This document shows positions 1-13,929 of a stretch of 64,000 nucleotides of DNA, one piece after another. The stretch comes from Dissostichus eleginoides (Eukaryota), in the NCBI GenBank assembly GCA_031216635.1, contig CM062274.1:26356913-26420912 (forward strand), written 5' to 3'. Below the pieces are notes generated by a model. The model made no database searches. It had not been told where the DNA came from and saw only the letters and a list, made by a program, of their open reading frames with translations. The position numbers were made by a program, and so were the translations under genes. The stretch's first letter is position 1, and every line of letters starts with the position of its first letter.

Positions 1-103
1 ATTAAATGCAGCAAAGATATTTAAACATTAATAATTAACTGTGTATTAAAATACAATACACAGAATATGTATAGCGTAGGAGGAACCTGCGAACAGCCCT
101 CAT

Positions 104-123
104 GGGTTAGGGTTAGGGTTAGC
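104..123. repeat. Interstitial telomere-like (GGGTTA)3 hexamer run
   Basis: Direct reading of gggttagggttagggtta. A short array far from a chromosome end. Confidence 0.8.
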
Positions 124-2734
124 ACTGCAAAAATATCGTGCAAGCTTTACGTTTTCTGCCTTCTTGTTTTTGCCTAGGTTGCTTAATATTTAATATGTAA
201 AAACATTGTTTCTATGTTGAATGGAATTGGCAAAACAATCAAGAGTGCAAGCTAATGTTTACTGCCGATTTGTTTTTAACTTTAGCTTCAGGCTTTTTCA
301 ACACATCCCTCCCCAGCTCCCAAAATTATAATACCAAGATGTCAGAACTTATTATACAGCACTATTTATGTTAGGGACAAAGCTTTAAAATAAAAGACAT
401 CTAATTGTTTTCTTATTCGTTGTTAGCAGTATTTGTTTCACCAATCTTCCATTTCTGATATCAAAAGCAACCCATTCATCCTCCATTATTTCTCCTACTT
501 CTGCATTTTGTTGCTCAACAATGGCCTCATCTGACCTCCTTCTTTGCTAGCATCATAACAACTACAACCACCCGAGGGTTTTCACTCTTAAACATATGTT
601 GTTTTGCTAATATGACGAATGATTTATTTTGTTTGGGAGACTCTTTGTGGGTTCATAGATGTTAAGATATAGTGTTTGTTCACTGTCACAGTTTGAAGAT
701 ATTGATCCAGAGATTCCAAATCCACCTTGCTTTCCTTTAGTAGACTTGACATTATATCCTCTTTTTGAAATAGCCTGAATAACAGAAGGAACAGTTGTAT
801 TCTTTCCTCCTGTGTGATGTGTTGTGCAAACCAGTCCAACTTTAAATCATTTTGTTGACATTGTTGAAACAAAACTTAGCAAAAATCTAAAAAAACGACT
901 TTGTAATGTTGAGTAAATCGTCACACCGGGCATGAATATCATTCTCCTGGGTGAAAATATTGTATTTATTTTACAAATTTCATATCAGCCTTGCCTTTTC
1001 TCTTTTTTTCCATTATTTGAAAAACAGGTACAATATGTGCCTTTGATGACAGCAGTAGGATGCTGCCAACAAGCCAAGAAAATACAAGTTATGTTCCATA
1101 AACCTTGTCTGTGCTCATATCAGCATATCACAGGTACAAATGGACCATTACGCTAATGGAGCCAAACAGACAAAACACACGTTCAGCTGTCATCTTTACA
1201 AAACTCAAAGGCAGCCAATTACAGCAAATCCCCCTTGAACAATGCAGAACAGTGCCTCATTCCAAGCATCTTTGCAGTGGTAAACTGAAAAGACCCAACC
1301 ACAATTAACATGAACAACAGTAACATAACCTACATTCTCAAACCTGTCAAAACAAGAGCTAGTTGTTGTTTGAGATTTATGCATATGGAACAGATTGTAC
1401 CTTTAGGGACAGTTTGAGTATCATTCCAGATGTGAAACCACCTGCGTAATGATAGAAAGAAACATTTGGAGGCCCTCGGGCTCTATTTGGAGTTTTCAAT
1501 TCGACCTTGAAAGCAACGAAACCACTGGTGTAAACGTGACTTTTTTTCAATTCTTTATTCATTGTAGGCATATAAGCCAACCAGGTTTTTGAGTTTTTAT
1601 AACTCAAAGGAAGTTGTGTCTAACTAAAGAGAGATGCTGCTGAATCCCCTAAGTCTGAAAGCCTGAGTGATGGAAAATGTGATGGTATTCATAGGGTCCT
1701 ACTTAAAAAACAGTCAATCTAAAGCAGAGTATATGTCCCCCTTTGCATTAATCATGTGTGACATTGATGAAGTTTGTTGTATATATATTGATCGTCACAT
1801 ACTGGAGGCAATGTGAAGATGTTGTGCAGCACCAGGTAAGAAATCCTGTTTCTTTACATCTACATGCCCAGATTACCCATCAGCTTCTTGCAAAGCACAA
1901 GATCTTTTGATTGATTGACACACAGACTTATCGAAGAGTCCCTTCACCACATGCTGTCCCTCCTAGTATGGGACTAAAAGACACTGAGCAAAAGCACCAG
2001 AATAATGATTGTAGAATCTCAAGCACTCTCTCTGACAGGGAGCAATACTCTGACTTGAAATAAGCTCATCTCAGCACCAGAGTGTCGATACTGAAGTTGT
2101 GGTGCCTGTCCGGTTATTTTCATTGAGCTACCGATAATCAATCCCTCCTAACTCAAAGAAAGACTCTGTTAATGAGAAGACTTGATAGAATTCAATGTGG
2201 AGAATCATTAGAGTTGGTATGACACGATACAGTGGGGTACAATATATGTACTGTACAGTAGAGCCGATGAATGGGAGTCGGAGGCGGCGTGTTGAGTATG
2301 GAACTCCACACTTTATTTTCCATTAAGTTTACATAAGGGAAGAATAACTTGCATACATGCTACTCAAGCTAGAATGACAACAACCACCAGGTACACTCTC
2401 TAACAGGTCCGTGGTGCAACACACACTATACAGTATACCAGTGAATTATGTCCCGTAATGTTCCACCACAGTACTTAACATAAAAACTGACCCTTCAACC
2501 GACAGTCACAGGTTTATCACTCATCCCTTTTATACAAGGTTGGTCGACAGGTAGTCGGCTATGTTGTTCCAGAAAGATCTCGACAACTGTTTGATGGATC
2601 GCCATGAATTTCAGCACAGATATTATTGGTGTTAGTATTGTAGGTAAACAATTATAAGGTACCTTATTATAAAAAAAAATACCTGCCAAACAACCAGCCT
2701 GTGCTTTTTGCCAATAAAAGAGAGAAATAGAGAC

Positions 2735-3056
2735 AAAGAGCACATATTTTTTTAATTTCATATTAGTAGGTTCATATGTGTATTGTGTGCTTCTACTGTG
2801 ACAATTGTACATGCTTTAATGCTTTATTTTGCTCATACTGCCTGTGCTGCAGCACCTCTTTTCACCCTCTGTCTGAAACCAGAGCCCATTCTGCTCTGAT
2901 TGGTTAGCTGGCCGGCTCTGTTGTGATTGGTCAAACACTTATAGATGTCCCGCCCCTTAGCCTATCACGTAGAATGTGTTGAAGTACTAGCCAATAGAAG
3001 CGCGAGTGCTACATACTGATGTCAAAACCGCTAAAAGCATAAAAGGACCGCTTTAA
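2735..3056 (-). mobile_element. MITE family A copy (about 320 bp, internally shortened), TTAA-flanked
   Basis: Reverse complement of the 3968-4382 copy. It shares the ctgattggttagctgg...gtgattggtcaa...ctattggctagcgctccaac core. The terminus gcataaaaggaccgct is followed by ttaa. The 5' boundary is approximate. Confidence 0.6.
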
Positions 3057-3967
3057 GAAGAATAAGGATACCACAAAGATAACTATTAAGGTCCCATTTC
3101 CCAAGTTGGGAAGTTGTTCTTCCGACTAGTGTGTTCATGAGCTTTAAGTTGTAACATGAAAAAAATGTGTTTGTTATGAAGTTATTATCTCGACGAGACA
3201 TGAATGCAGTACAAATCACAGATTATAATCCGCTTTAAAATTAAATGGGTTCTTTATTAGCCCGTGGTAAACGACTTTACCAAGTATAATCTAAATTGAC
3301 TCCAATAGCTTTTCTGTTATGCAGCTGAAAGAAAGACAGACAAACTGAGACAAGACAAGACCTTGGCAGAGGTAATAAATCAATATATTGACTGTTGAAG
3401 AGCTGTAAGATGTATTTAATTTGGATGGACAAACATTGATGTGTTTACATTTTCATCGTGACCAAGTTGACATGCTGGCAATAGCATCTAGCCCAAAGCA
3501 CCGGTGCTTTTTAAACATCTGGGTTAATCAAACACCCTTTTCTAATGGGGTTTCTTTTTTTAACGATCCACTTTTCAATACACAAAGAGAGATTGCATCA
3601 AGAAGGAATTAGAAGCTTGTCTCTCAGCTGTTATCTGTTCCTGCAACTGTAGTAACACTTTACTATGTAGCGCCTTTTATTTAAGTTTGCTGTGAGGTTT
3701 GATAAGCACATTTATTAAACCCATTAAGGAATTGTAATCTTAATGACCTCATTGCCTTTCCTCTAGCGCCAACCTTAAGACACAGGTTACTTTTTCAACC
3801 TCACTTTAGACCATTCAATCAATCAATCAGTCAATTAATCATTTATTAATGACCAGATGAAGGTCGGATGAATTTGCTTTTAGTGTAGCACGGGTAAGCT
3901 CAATATAGCAGTGTCAGTGTAATCAAACATAGACAGATAGCAACATAACAACAGAGACATGACTCAA

Positions 3968-4382
3968 AGGGGCCCTATTATGCTTTTGGGTTTTCCCCTT
4001 CCTGTAATGTTTCATATATGTGTGTGTATGTAAATGGTCTGCAAAGGCTTAAATCCCCAAAGAGGGAGTTTCTCTGGCCTTTATTTACTTTTGTAAGATA
4101 GTTTAGCGGTTTTGACATCACTATGTAAAACTCACGCTTCTATTGGCTAGCGCTCCAACATATTGTACATGATAAAAAGCGGTGGGACATCTATAAGTGG
4201 TTGACCAATCACAGCAGAATCAGAGCAGACGGGACTCTGGGTTCGGACAGAGGGTGAAAAGAGGTGCTGCAGCAAAGGCAGTTTGAGATATACTGTATAA
4301 AGACCTTTTTTAACATTAAAACATGTCACAGTAGAAGCACAAAATACAAATATGATCCTGACAATGAGCACAATATGTCCCT
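3968..4382 (+). mobile_element. MITE family A copy (about 415 bp), TIR AGGGGCCCTATTATGC...GGGACA, TCAA/TTAA flanks
   Basis: It starts tcaa|AGGGGCCCTATTATGCTTTTGG and ends ...ATATGTCCCT|ttaa. It is highly similar to the copies at 20172 and 21324 and to the inverted copy at 2735-3056. Confidence 0.75.
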
Positions 4383-5213
4383 TTAAACAGCAAACATTAT
4401 TAAGAGATTGCCACAAGACTAAATATTGTATTATTTCGAAATATTCAGACTGAATGATAGGCGTTATTTTTCCAGCGTTGTTTCCTCAAACAATAAAGTA
4501 TCTTTGGATTGGCAAACATGAATACTTGAGGTAGACAGGGTTGCGTTAGCTTTTTGCATAAAACATGACTCCTGCTCCAAATGTGTGCTCTCTGTAATAA
4601 CTCAAATGTGTGTTGTGACTGTCCCACAGCTTGTAAATTGTGCATCTGTTTTATCACCCCGCTGAGACGGCTGCAAATTTACAAGACGATGGGACTTGTG
4701 AGAGGAGGACTATCTCCCTCTGTAGGGTCTGTTTCCTATCGGTCCCTCAGGAAGCCATTACCGTGAACTAGCTCTGTTTATAGGGAGAGAGTCTAGATAT
4801 GAAGGTGGCTGAGTTTGCTGGGTACAACCACACGGAAATATTGTTTGTCTGGTCTCCAAAGATAAAGACACCGTTTTTCAAATGTACTCCTCTGAGGAGC
4901 ACCTTGCATGACATTGTCTGACTTCATAACTGCCGAGGATAACTCGGAATATGAAGATTAAGTAAAGTTAAACAAAGAAATCAAAGCTGTGTATACCAGC
5001 GACGTGCAGTCAGGGGAGGCAGGGGAGGCAGAGCCTCACCTGTCATACTCCAAAGTAACGGAAAAACAACTAAAGAAAAACTAAATAGTAATAATAATAA
5101 AATGTCTCCACTGATCTGTGTTGTAAGTGTGATTTATGTATGATTCCAATCGCTTTTTATTGTCAAGATCAGCAAATTTGCCGAGCTCCGCTACAACTAC
5201 GGGGAGCGATGAG

Positions 5214-5407
5214 AAGTGAGGCAGGGACGTGCTCTGCCTCTCGTAAGCCCACAGTAACTGGCTGGAGCGCGGGCACTAATTTTGCGCGGGCACTTATTTT
5301 GTGAGCGCGCTCAAGCCAGTTACTGTGTGGTGAGGTGAGGCACAGATGAGCTCTGCCTCACCTCAGAATGCGTCACCCCACAGAAACTGGCTGGAGCGCG
5401 GGCACTA
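5214..5407. repeat. Complex local repeat: two about 65-bp direct repeats around an inverted (palindromic) spacer
   Basis: gtgaggca..gctctgcctc..cacag(t/a)aactggctggagcgcgggcactaa occurs twice. The spacer carries cgcgctcaagccagttactgtg, the reverse complement of cacagtaactggctggagcgcg. Confidence 0.6.
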
Positions 5408-6037
5408 AGCGCATGCCTGTTACCATCTCACTGTAGGTCACCAATGTAATGTTTGTAGATCCCTTTATTACATTTATCCTCGCCAGCCATAGTCTCTAAA
5501 TAACTTATTTCACGTATATATGATATTTAGGCTCGCTGGTCTCATCGTACAACGGCAATGAAAAAAGCACCAGGGGAGGCAGCCATAACCTCTGCCGCAC
5601 TGAAGGGGGCGCACGTGAGCCCACAAGTTCTTGTTGCTACTGTTATTCTACGCAGAGATGCAGAGACGGTAGACGCAAACAACAAACTAGACTTTTGAAA
5701 CTACAGGAAGATAAGGAGGACTTTTACACAAAAGTAATAGAGATTGTTGTCCAGAAGGATAACATGGACTTCATCTTCAAGTCAAGGTAAAACCACAATT
5801 GTAATGAAAATGGGATCTTACTAAGAAAGAACAATCCACTATTTAGATTTTGGGTATTCTTTTGTTAAACGGTCTGTTTAAAATGAATCGAAGCATCAGA
5901 CTAAAAAAGCTTTTGAAAATATCCGAATATTTCGATTAAGGTCAAAATATAATATTTGTAAATCTGACTCTGAAAGAGTCAGTGCCTCACCAGCCATGAA
6001 CCTCACCGCACGTCACTGGTGTAAACAATACCCCCCA

Positions 6038-6043
<6 letters not shown>

Positions 6044-6070
<27 letters not shown>
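6044..6070. repeat. (CA)n microsatellite
   Basis: Direct reading. Confidence 0.9.
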
Positions 6071-9000
6071 TACAGTACAGATTAAATAATAGCCTCAATT
6101 TGCTTTTAAAAGGAATTGTACATCATGATAACTCCACTTCAGTGAATAACAATTAAACTGACATATTGTCTCGTTGTGAAGTTAAACCACTGTTTCAGTC
6201 AACAAAGAGCTAACAGTCTGACTGCCTGTTCCCATCAGCCATTGCAGCTCTGCACCGCCGTTCTTCTTCTCAGTGGTCTTCTTGTCAGAGTTAGTTGGCA
6301 ATATGACTGGCTTTGTTTGCTCATTATGTAAAAACTAGACAGCCATTACAGTAAAAACAGGCTTCTTTTAAGCGCTCTCAACTACATTAAATAAATAAGT
6401 GAGAGATTAGGTGTTTAACCACAAGGGCTTAATTTAGCCCTGCAAATTGTAGCTGTCATTATTTTTTTTAGCCTTTGAACTTTCTAACTTGTTAGAACAT
6501 AAATGCTATTTAAAGATCGAGTCGTACATGTCTTTAACACTGAACAAAGCACATAATGAACTAAAAACCAACCAAGCTAAATAAGCTTTTTCATTTTCCA
6601 CCGCAATTAAGCATTGGAATAAACACACTTTTCGAAACCTTTAGACACTCAAGCATTTAGATACTACCTGAGCAACCATATAAAGTAGTTTAACAGGCAC
6701 TTGCCATTAAACTTCTAGCCAATAGCCAAAACCTTTCTTTTAAAACACTTATTGCACCCAATTCTTCAAATGGTTGCATATTAGTTAGCAGTGTTCCCTT
6801 AACATTAAGACATTATTTGGTTGAAATTAACGGACCCAGCCTGTGCGACGACAGGTATCAAACAGTGAAGATGGAAAGCCACTGCAAATACAAAAAAACA
6901 CAAAACCAAAACAAAGTGTTTAAAAATGTATGGCAATATTTCAATATATCTCGCAACATCATACTCACTTTATTTGAATTAGTTGCATCTATAAAAAGCT
7001 CCTCTTACTTCCTTCATGCACTGTTGGTTAATAGTGTCCATCTATAGCAAACACAAAATGTAAAAAGTTGAACCTGAAGCACAGGATGTTTGCTGGTTAC
7101 ATCGAACAATCTGAGAAGCCTTATCTAGACATTGTCTAAAAAAAAGGGCAATCACTTTCAAAAAATGCTTCGCAGGTGATTGAATTATCACAGTTAGTCA
7201 CCAGTGAACTCTAATCAATAAGATACATGACCAAAACTCAAAGAAAAGTAACACCCACCATCACAATTTGTTTATGCTCGAAATTCGCCGAGTGCAGTTG
7301 TGGGAGGGATAACATTAGAAAATGACATTCTCTTTTATGTTTGCTTTAAACAACTTTCAAATGTTAGTATACATGTAGTTTAATTAACAGAGGAGCCTTT
7401 GATACAGAAGGGACCAACATGAGAGTTTGTGAGATGTGCAGCAGCTTCCTCCCCGCTGACCAGCTCTCCAGAGATGTGCGCCTCCTTCGGGAAACGCTGG
7501 CTGCTGCTAGTCCTCTCTCTCTATTCTCCATACTGTCACAAGCATCTGGTTTCTCTTTCATTTAGTATAGGAGACGAGCAAGTGAAAAGACAAAATAATT
7601 GCTTCTTAGGGTTTTTTAAATGTTGGCTTTGCATTGTTTGATCTTGAAAGATGTGAAAGACATGGGTCACTACTGAATCAAGATTTGGAAATGACCAATG
7701 TCACACAAAAGTGACTTTGAAATCTAATCGAACTTTAACATGCATAGCGCCTTTACACTGACAAATCCAAAGAATTGAAGTAAAACGAACAACAATTGTA
7801 CTGAATCCAAACATTCATTTATGTATAATGCAAAACTCCCTTGCAGTACTTATTCAAAACATGTCATGAGTTATTTATTTAGTGCAGTGTTTCAGACCAG
7901 CTGTTGTTTCTGGATGAACTTGGAGTTGGAACAACATTTTGAGCAGTGCTAACATTTAGGGTCAGGAACTCATCCCACAGCGGGGTGAGTGCGGTGAAGC
8001 AAAAGCAGAATTCATTGTGATTGCTACACAAAAGTTAAGGTTTGTTAAGGTCTTAGAGTCTTAAAAAATAAAGTTGTTGTCCAGAGTCGACACATCCTTT
8101 CAATCAAGCTGGGCATGACCTGGGATAAGCTCATCTTTTTCGAAAAATCTTACACAGGATAAACAAGGTGGAAAATATGTTCACTCCCCTTTGAAGAGTA
8201 GGAGAGACTATTATAGATAGTAAGTTCTGGAAAAATGATAATTATGATAGATCTATATGTGTCACACTTCTTTTGGTGTGATCATATTGTTCACAAAGAA
8301 ATACCGACAGATCTGCGGTCATACCAGCTTTGATGCTATTTTCTACAATACCTGCATGTTAATAATTCCTTTGGATGACAGATGGCATTCATCACTTTTG
8401 TGGGATTGTGTGAACCATTTTTCTGAAATAGAAAGGTAACACCAAAGGTCCACAGTAGTGCTTGTTCATCATTAGAAATTCAATCTGGTATTTTCAAGTG
8501 AAGAGCCTGCAGTTTGTGAAGAGAGGATCATCAGTAAAGCACGGTAAGCTGTCGGTGTTTATCTAAAGACAGTGCACTGTGCAACGTTTCAGATCAATGT
8601 GCCTTAGTGGTGTGAATATGATGAAGGGAAGGTCATCACGAACAAATCTGACTATTCTGAATTGTAGATACAACGTGAAAAAAAATGACCTTCGAGAGGG
8701 ATCTCTGCTAATGCTTCCATTGAAACCCTCTGACGTGCTCCTGCATTGTCTCATCCTCCTCTCTCAGCCTTGCTAATAACATTATGACTAAATATTTTCC
8801 CTTTTTTTTGACAATAACATGGATGGATGTGAAGGTCATTTATCATAGTGGTGACTGCCTAATGCTATCAGCTCCCGTGGCAGGTTTTAATCATCCTCTT
8901 TAGGATAAAGCTGGTGGTATATTATCCAATACTGCACATCTTGCAGAGTAGGAAATGTTATTAAAAAGTTGCAAAGCTTGTAGATTGTGAGGCTTGCTAA

Positions 9001-10496
9001 CTGCAGAGGAGCTCTCGGTTTCAATCTCAAAGTGCTGCATGTCTAAGAGTACAATGAGAACGGTGTATCATCAGAGATGAAACTCCAATAACCTCCAAAA
9101 CCAGCCAAGGTAGCGAGCTCATGTATCAGAGCACACCTAGCCTGAGCCAGACACTTAAAGTTAAATTACCTGTGCAAGAAAAAAAAAGTAATATCATTTT
9201 AGCAAGAAACAGCAATCTTATCGTCCTGGTGTACTGCGAGGCACATCTTGCTGAAACAGTAGTGTAATTGCAGTGTTTGCTTTGAGTCATTCACTAGGGT
9301 GAAGGTGTTTTTCACTCTGAAATGCATTGTCTGAGCCAGTGGGACTACAGGACTAATTCAAGAGTGCTTCATGTGATTTCTTATAATTGGCTCATAAAAG
9401 AGAACAAATCAGAAATCCCTCGTGTCTCATAAACAAAATACGTTAAAGCCAATCTTCGAAGGATTTCAACGGTTATATTCTTGTGTTTTGTTCAACAGTT
9501 TGGTGCCATTTAGGTTTCTATTTTAGGTATTCAAACATAACTATGCTGTCCCAATTGTAAAAACACAGCGCCCTTAAGAGTCAGAGAAAGTGTTACCTCA
9601 TCATGTAGTGTGAGGTAGAAACAAAAGGCTATTTTAATATATAAAATTACATTTGAAAACAGATGGATGGAAACAAGTTTAACAGAAAACTTTTGGGAAC
9701 CTTTTTTCAGCTTGAGCACAAACAGTGACAATTTAAATGTGCGGTTTTGGTAATTTCCTGGCTCCTAACACGACTGCTTGGGCCGGTGGGAGGGGGTAAC
9801 TCATGTTGTGTTTATGCAGAACAGGTGGCACAGTTTGACTTCGGTACACATTTTGGCAAGAAGTTACAATTGTGTTTCCACCTGTCATGAGTAACAAAAA
9901 AGGCTTAAAAGTGTCCAAGAAACACAAGTTAAAGACATGTTGTGGTTGGTTGCTAACAACCCAGGGTCAAACACATAGTGTAGCATTTTCTCTCTTCGTA
10001 GCCAAATAGATGAAGAACTGGTTTGCATTTATGCAGTGCTTTTATCCAAAGCCGAACACTCACACCCAAAACAAACATCTATCAGGAGCCATTTTTGAGC
10101 CACAGCCACCTTAAACAAGAATAATAGCAAGATAATATTAGCTTGAAGCACCTTATATAAGAGATTAATTAAAGAAAGCACAGGAGAGCAAAATTATTTA
10201 AATATCATCGAATATTGAAGGGATCATATGCATAACAGGGCTCGCAAATTAAGATGAAGTGGCATGAATGTACCATTATTGCTAACAGCATCAAAACAAA
10301 ACAGTTATCTTCTCTGAAATACAGTAGGAGACAGAGGCGTGCTCACATTTGCTGCGAACACAACTCTGAAACTGCATGTGTTCACATACATGACTCAGGA
10401 AAAGATAATGAGGTTTTGAAAAAAAAAGTACATGGACATCAGAGCTGTGAAATCACCCACTTTGCAATCATTTACTACTTTATATATAACGTACGC

Positions 10497-10530
10497 AATG
10501 AAGGGCCTAATCCTAATCTTAACCCTAAAC
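10497..10530. repeat. Degenerate telomere-like (CCTAAT/CCCTAA) run
   Basis: cctaatcctaatcttaaccctaaac. Confidence 0.6.
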
Positions 10531-10741
10531 TTTTTTTTCATCATCTTAACTTTTTCAAAAAGACGTTTATAAAACAATAATTTTGCTGTTTGTTTGTCTG
10601 CATTGATGTAAATGTCAATATGTAACAATCTTGTTGCCTGGATGATGTTAAATGCCAGTGGAGGAAGACCTATGTTTTTTGCATAGTGCCAGCTGAATGA
10701 GGTGGATGCTTGACAAAGCTTTAGATGCTTACATACCTTAA

Positions 10742-10796
10742 AGGGGCCCTATTATGCTTATTTATTTATTTTTATAATTATGGCATAATAGAGCCT
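10742..10796. mobile_element. MITE family A remnant consisting only of the two TIRs (about 55 bp), TTAA-flanked
   Basis: ttaa|GGGGCCCTATTATGC..GCATAATAGAGCCTC|ttaa. The TIR pair matches family A. Confidence 0.55.
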
Positions 10797-13178
10797 CTTA
10801 AACACTAGTTTTGCTGCCCTGTCTGTAGGTCCCATGGAGGAACTTGATTCAGCATTGGTGGTGTGCCCTGTTCATTTCTATGGAAGTTAGTTGAGCATTA
10901 AGTGAAAATTACTCTTGTGAACAAAAATACCCTGATTATCTGGTGATCTCACAAACATTGTAGTTTCACCGTTTGGACACTTAAAAATGTGCCTCAATTC
11001 CTGGGGGTTTGGTTTGTTCCAAAGGTTCATCCCAATGTCCTCCTCGACTCCTCTATCCTTGATTTTGACTCTGAAATCGATGGACACAGGAGACAGAGAG
11101 AGGGAAACGAGGAGGCCAAATAAGGTTCTCTGATTAACCTCGACTCTATTTCACCCTTGACCAGACCCACTGTCAATGATAGGTGTGATTGAACTTGTAA
11201 CCACACCCAACATCAGGACACATGTACGTCACTGCAGCAAGAGAAAATCAATGGAGATAAACAACAACACGATTATCAGGGCGTCTTCAGGGACTATTTA
11301 ACTCGAACAAATGCTTCGAGCACAAAAACGATTACATATAAAACCGTAATAATGCTTTCGTTGCTGTGAGCAAATATAGTGACTCAACATTTTATGATAC
11401 TTTCTAAGAGTTAGTTGGAATTACTGCTTCTCCATCTATCTATGCTGTTTGGATTTTAATTAGTTTGGGGACCCTAATTTGTCATGTATTCAGTATTGAT
11501 TATAATGTGCCAGACTCCTAAATGATAGTTAGGATTAATATTTACATGTGTCCTCAGGCTCAATGTTAAATCTGTGAATTCAGCTTTCCCTGAATGAGAC
11601 ACTAAGCTCCCTCAAAGGCACCATTTGTGAGGGGCGGTTTTTCCGATTGAATCTCACACAGTAATTGGCAATTTGTGCCACTCTTCCATACCACCACAAG
11701 TTATCTTACAATGTATTTTCATTGTAAAGGATGTGGTGTTATGTACTACCTCCCAGACTTATACACACTTATTGAAGACATACACTTATAGTGTTTCCCT
11801 AAAAAGCCACACTGTAATTCTCAGCAGCTATGGGCTACATCTATCAATTGTAGAAATTGCTGTAAATGAGTTTTATTCTGCGGTACTGTGGGGAACTTTA
11901 TGAAGAGAAAGTGAAAAACATTTATTTTTCCATCGATGACCTTTTACTGCTCAATGACTCTGCATAAATAGTTTTAAAGCAGTTAGACAATTTAGAGCCA
12001 CTAAAAATATCTACCAGTAAACAGATCCAAACTGTGTGAAATACGGGAAAAGAAATTGCCTTGGAAATAAATCATTGCTTTGCATGCCAGAGAAATATGA
12101 CTAGCAGAGTCCTGCCAGTTCTCCTGCTGCAAGCATCAATCTCAGGTTGGGGGAGATTGAGATGAGACTGTGGAATTTTAAAATGTAGCTGGATGAGATA
12201 ATCACACATTTGGAGATTGCTCTTTTTTCAAGAGGCTCCAAAGCTGCTTGAGGAGGGCTCTGCAATCCGCTATCATGCAAAGCTTTTAGAGATACATTTT
12301 CATGTTCCTGGTTTTGAAAAAAATACCGGAAATACTGAATTTTACCCGGAGTTTAAGAAAACTCTGGTCTGAAGCATGATGTTGCAATAACTGCTAAGCA
12401 GATTGTTAGTTAATTTGCTGTTTACACAAGAAGCTGAAACTTTACAACCTTTTTGTTGGCTCCAGAAACTGATCAGAAACTCACCTTTACCACATCTTTG
12501 GTTCACAACAAGATATATACGAAAACTACCAGCCAGATTTCCATGAGATCTGCAGTGAGTTGTTGTTACCTCGAGAATGAACCCTGATGATTTTGGTTAC
12601 TTCCTGATCTTTCTTCAGTTGCACCATCTGGCGAAAATGTGTAAACACAACAAAGATGTAAATGTGTGCTTCACATTCATGCTGCCAGGAGAATTAAACC
12701 TTTCCATTTCTATTTTTTTTTCTAAACTCGCTTTCCTCTGGTGCCAAACTCAGGAAACGTTGCACACAAGAAGGCTCATAATGCACACAGCAACAGCTGA
12801 GCAAATTCATGTTCTCACGCGAATAGACTATTTTGATTTGGTCTACTGTTGCCATAATGAAAAATGTTATATTTCCAGATCTGGTAATAAGAAATAACTT
12901 TTCAACACTCAAATTATAAGGTGACCAAAATGGACTTACATTATTTCAAAATATTGGTCACTTGTATCCACTCAATTTGTAATATTTGATTTTCAGAACT
13001 CATTTGAGAGGTCTCAGTACAAAGGATTTACAGTTTGCACATGTTTTTTATTATTTGACAAACTTGTCTTGAAAAGTTTAGGGTTGTATTGCTTGAACTA
13101 AATTGAGACACTTCAGTTTCTCTTGGAAGCTTTGCTACAATTTCCAGAGGCATTTTCAGGACATGCACACATCACAAC

Positions 13179-13353
13179 ATGACTACAGCCAGAAAAAACA
13201 AAGGATTGAGGAAGGCTAGAGATCATGGGGAGTTCAATATTATTTGGACACAGCAAAACTTTCTGCTGACGAAACACAGTTTTGGATTTACTGCGAAAAC
13301 GTCCCCTCCTGTCAGTGGCAATATAGACGCTACAATGTGGGAAGACAATCCAG
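13179..13353 (+). CDS. Candidate 5' coding exon (ATG ... CAG|GTAAGT donor), unknown product
   Basis: An ATG at 13179 opens a 58-codon frame that ends exactly at a consensus splice donor caggtaagt (13351-13359). I recognise no homolog. Confidence 0.2.
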
Positions 13354-13395
13354 GTAAGTAGGAAGAAGTGAAAAGTTCATCAAGGTTGAACGAAA

Positions 13396-13399
<4 letters not shown>

Positions 13400-13429
<30 letters not shown>
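13400..13429. repeat. (TA)n microsatellite
   Basis: Direct reading. Confidence 0.9.
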
Positions 13430-13433
<4 letters not shown>

Positions 13434-13929
13434 ATCATAAATGAGTTACTCCTTAAAGGAACTCCTTTAGTAATCAGTTTCTTTGTGATGCTGCTTTGTG
13501 CAGCCTCCACTGATGGTCAGGTGTGATTGTTGCCATTCATCATTTTCCTCCTGCTTGAGCCTGAGCCACATTCATCACTTCCCACCTGCCTGGCTCGAGC
13601 CGGGTCTGCAGGACCACAAAGCCTGAGTGGGAAACAGAAAATCACAGTGATTGAGCGTCAAGGGAAGCAGATGTCAAACTGGTGTTGGCCTGGAATGACA
13701 CACAGGACCCTCGCTTTTCCCCTGTCACTTTAAACTGGTAAGTGACCTTCAAAACAGAAACGCTGTGCTGTCACAGTCTGATGCTGCATGCTGACGGATG
13801 AGTGGTGAGGTACTGAGGCCTTCAGAAAGCACTCAGATCATTAAGGTGTGACCACAGACGGCAATATTGTGATGCTGTCTCAAGACTATAAAGGCCTCGA
13901 TGAATTTATGACGTAATAAACCCTGTCGA

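Noticed and set aside
624-872. 82-aa minus-strand ORF with mildly protein-like composition
   Set aside because: No recognisable domain, no splice or start context, and an AT-rich low-complexity setting. There is not enough evidence to call an exon.
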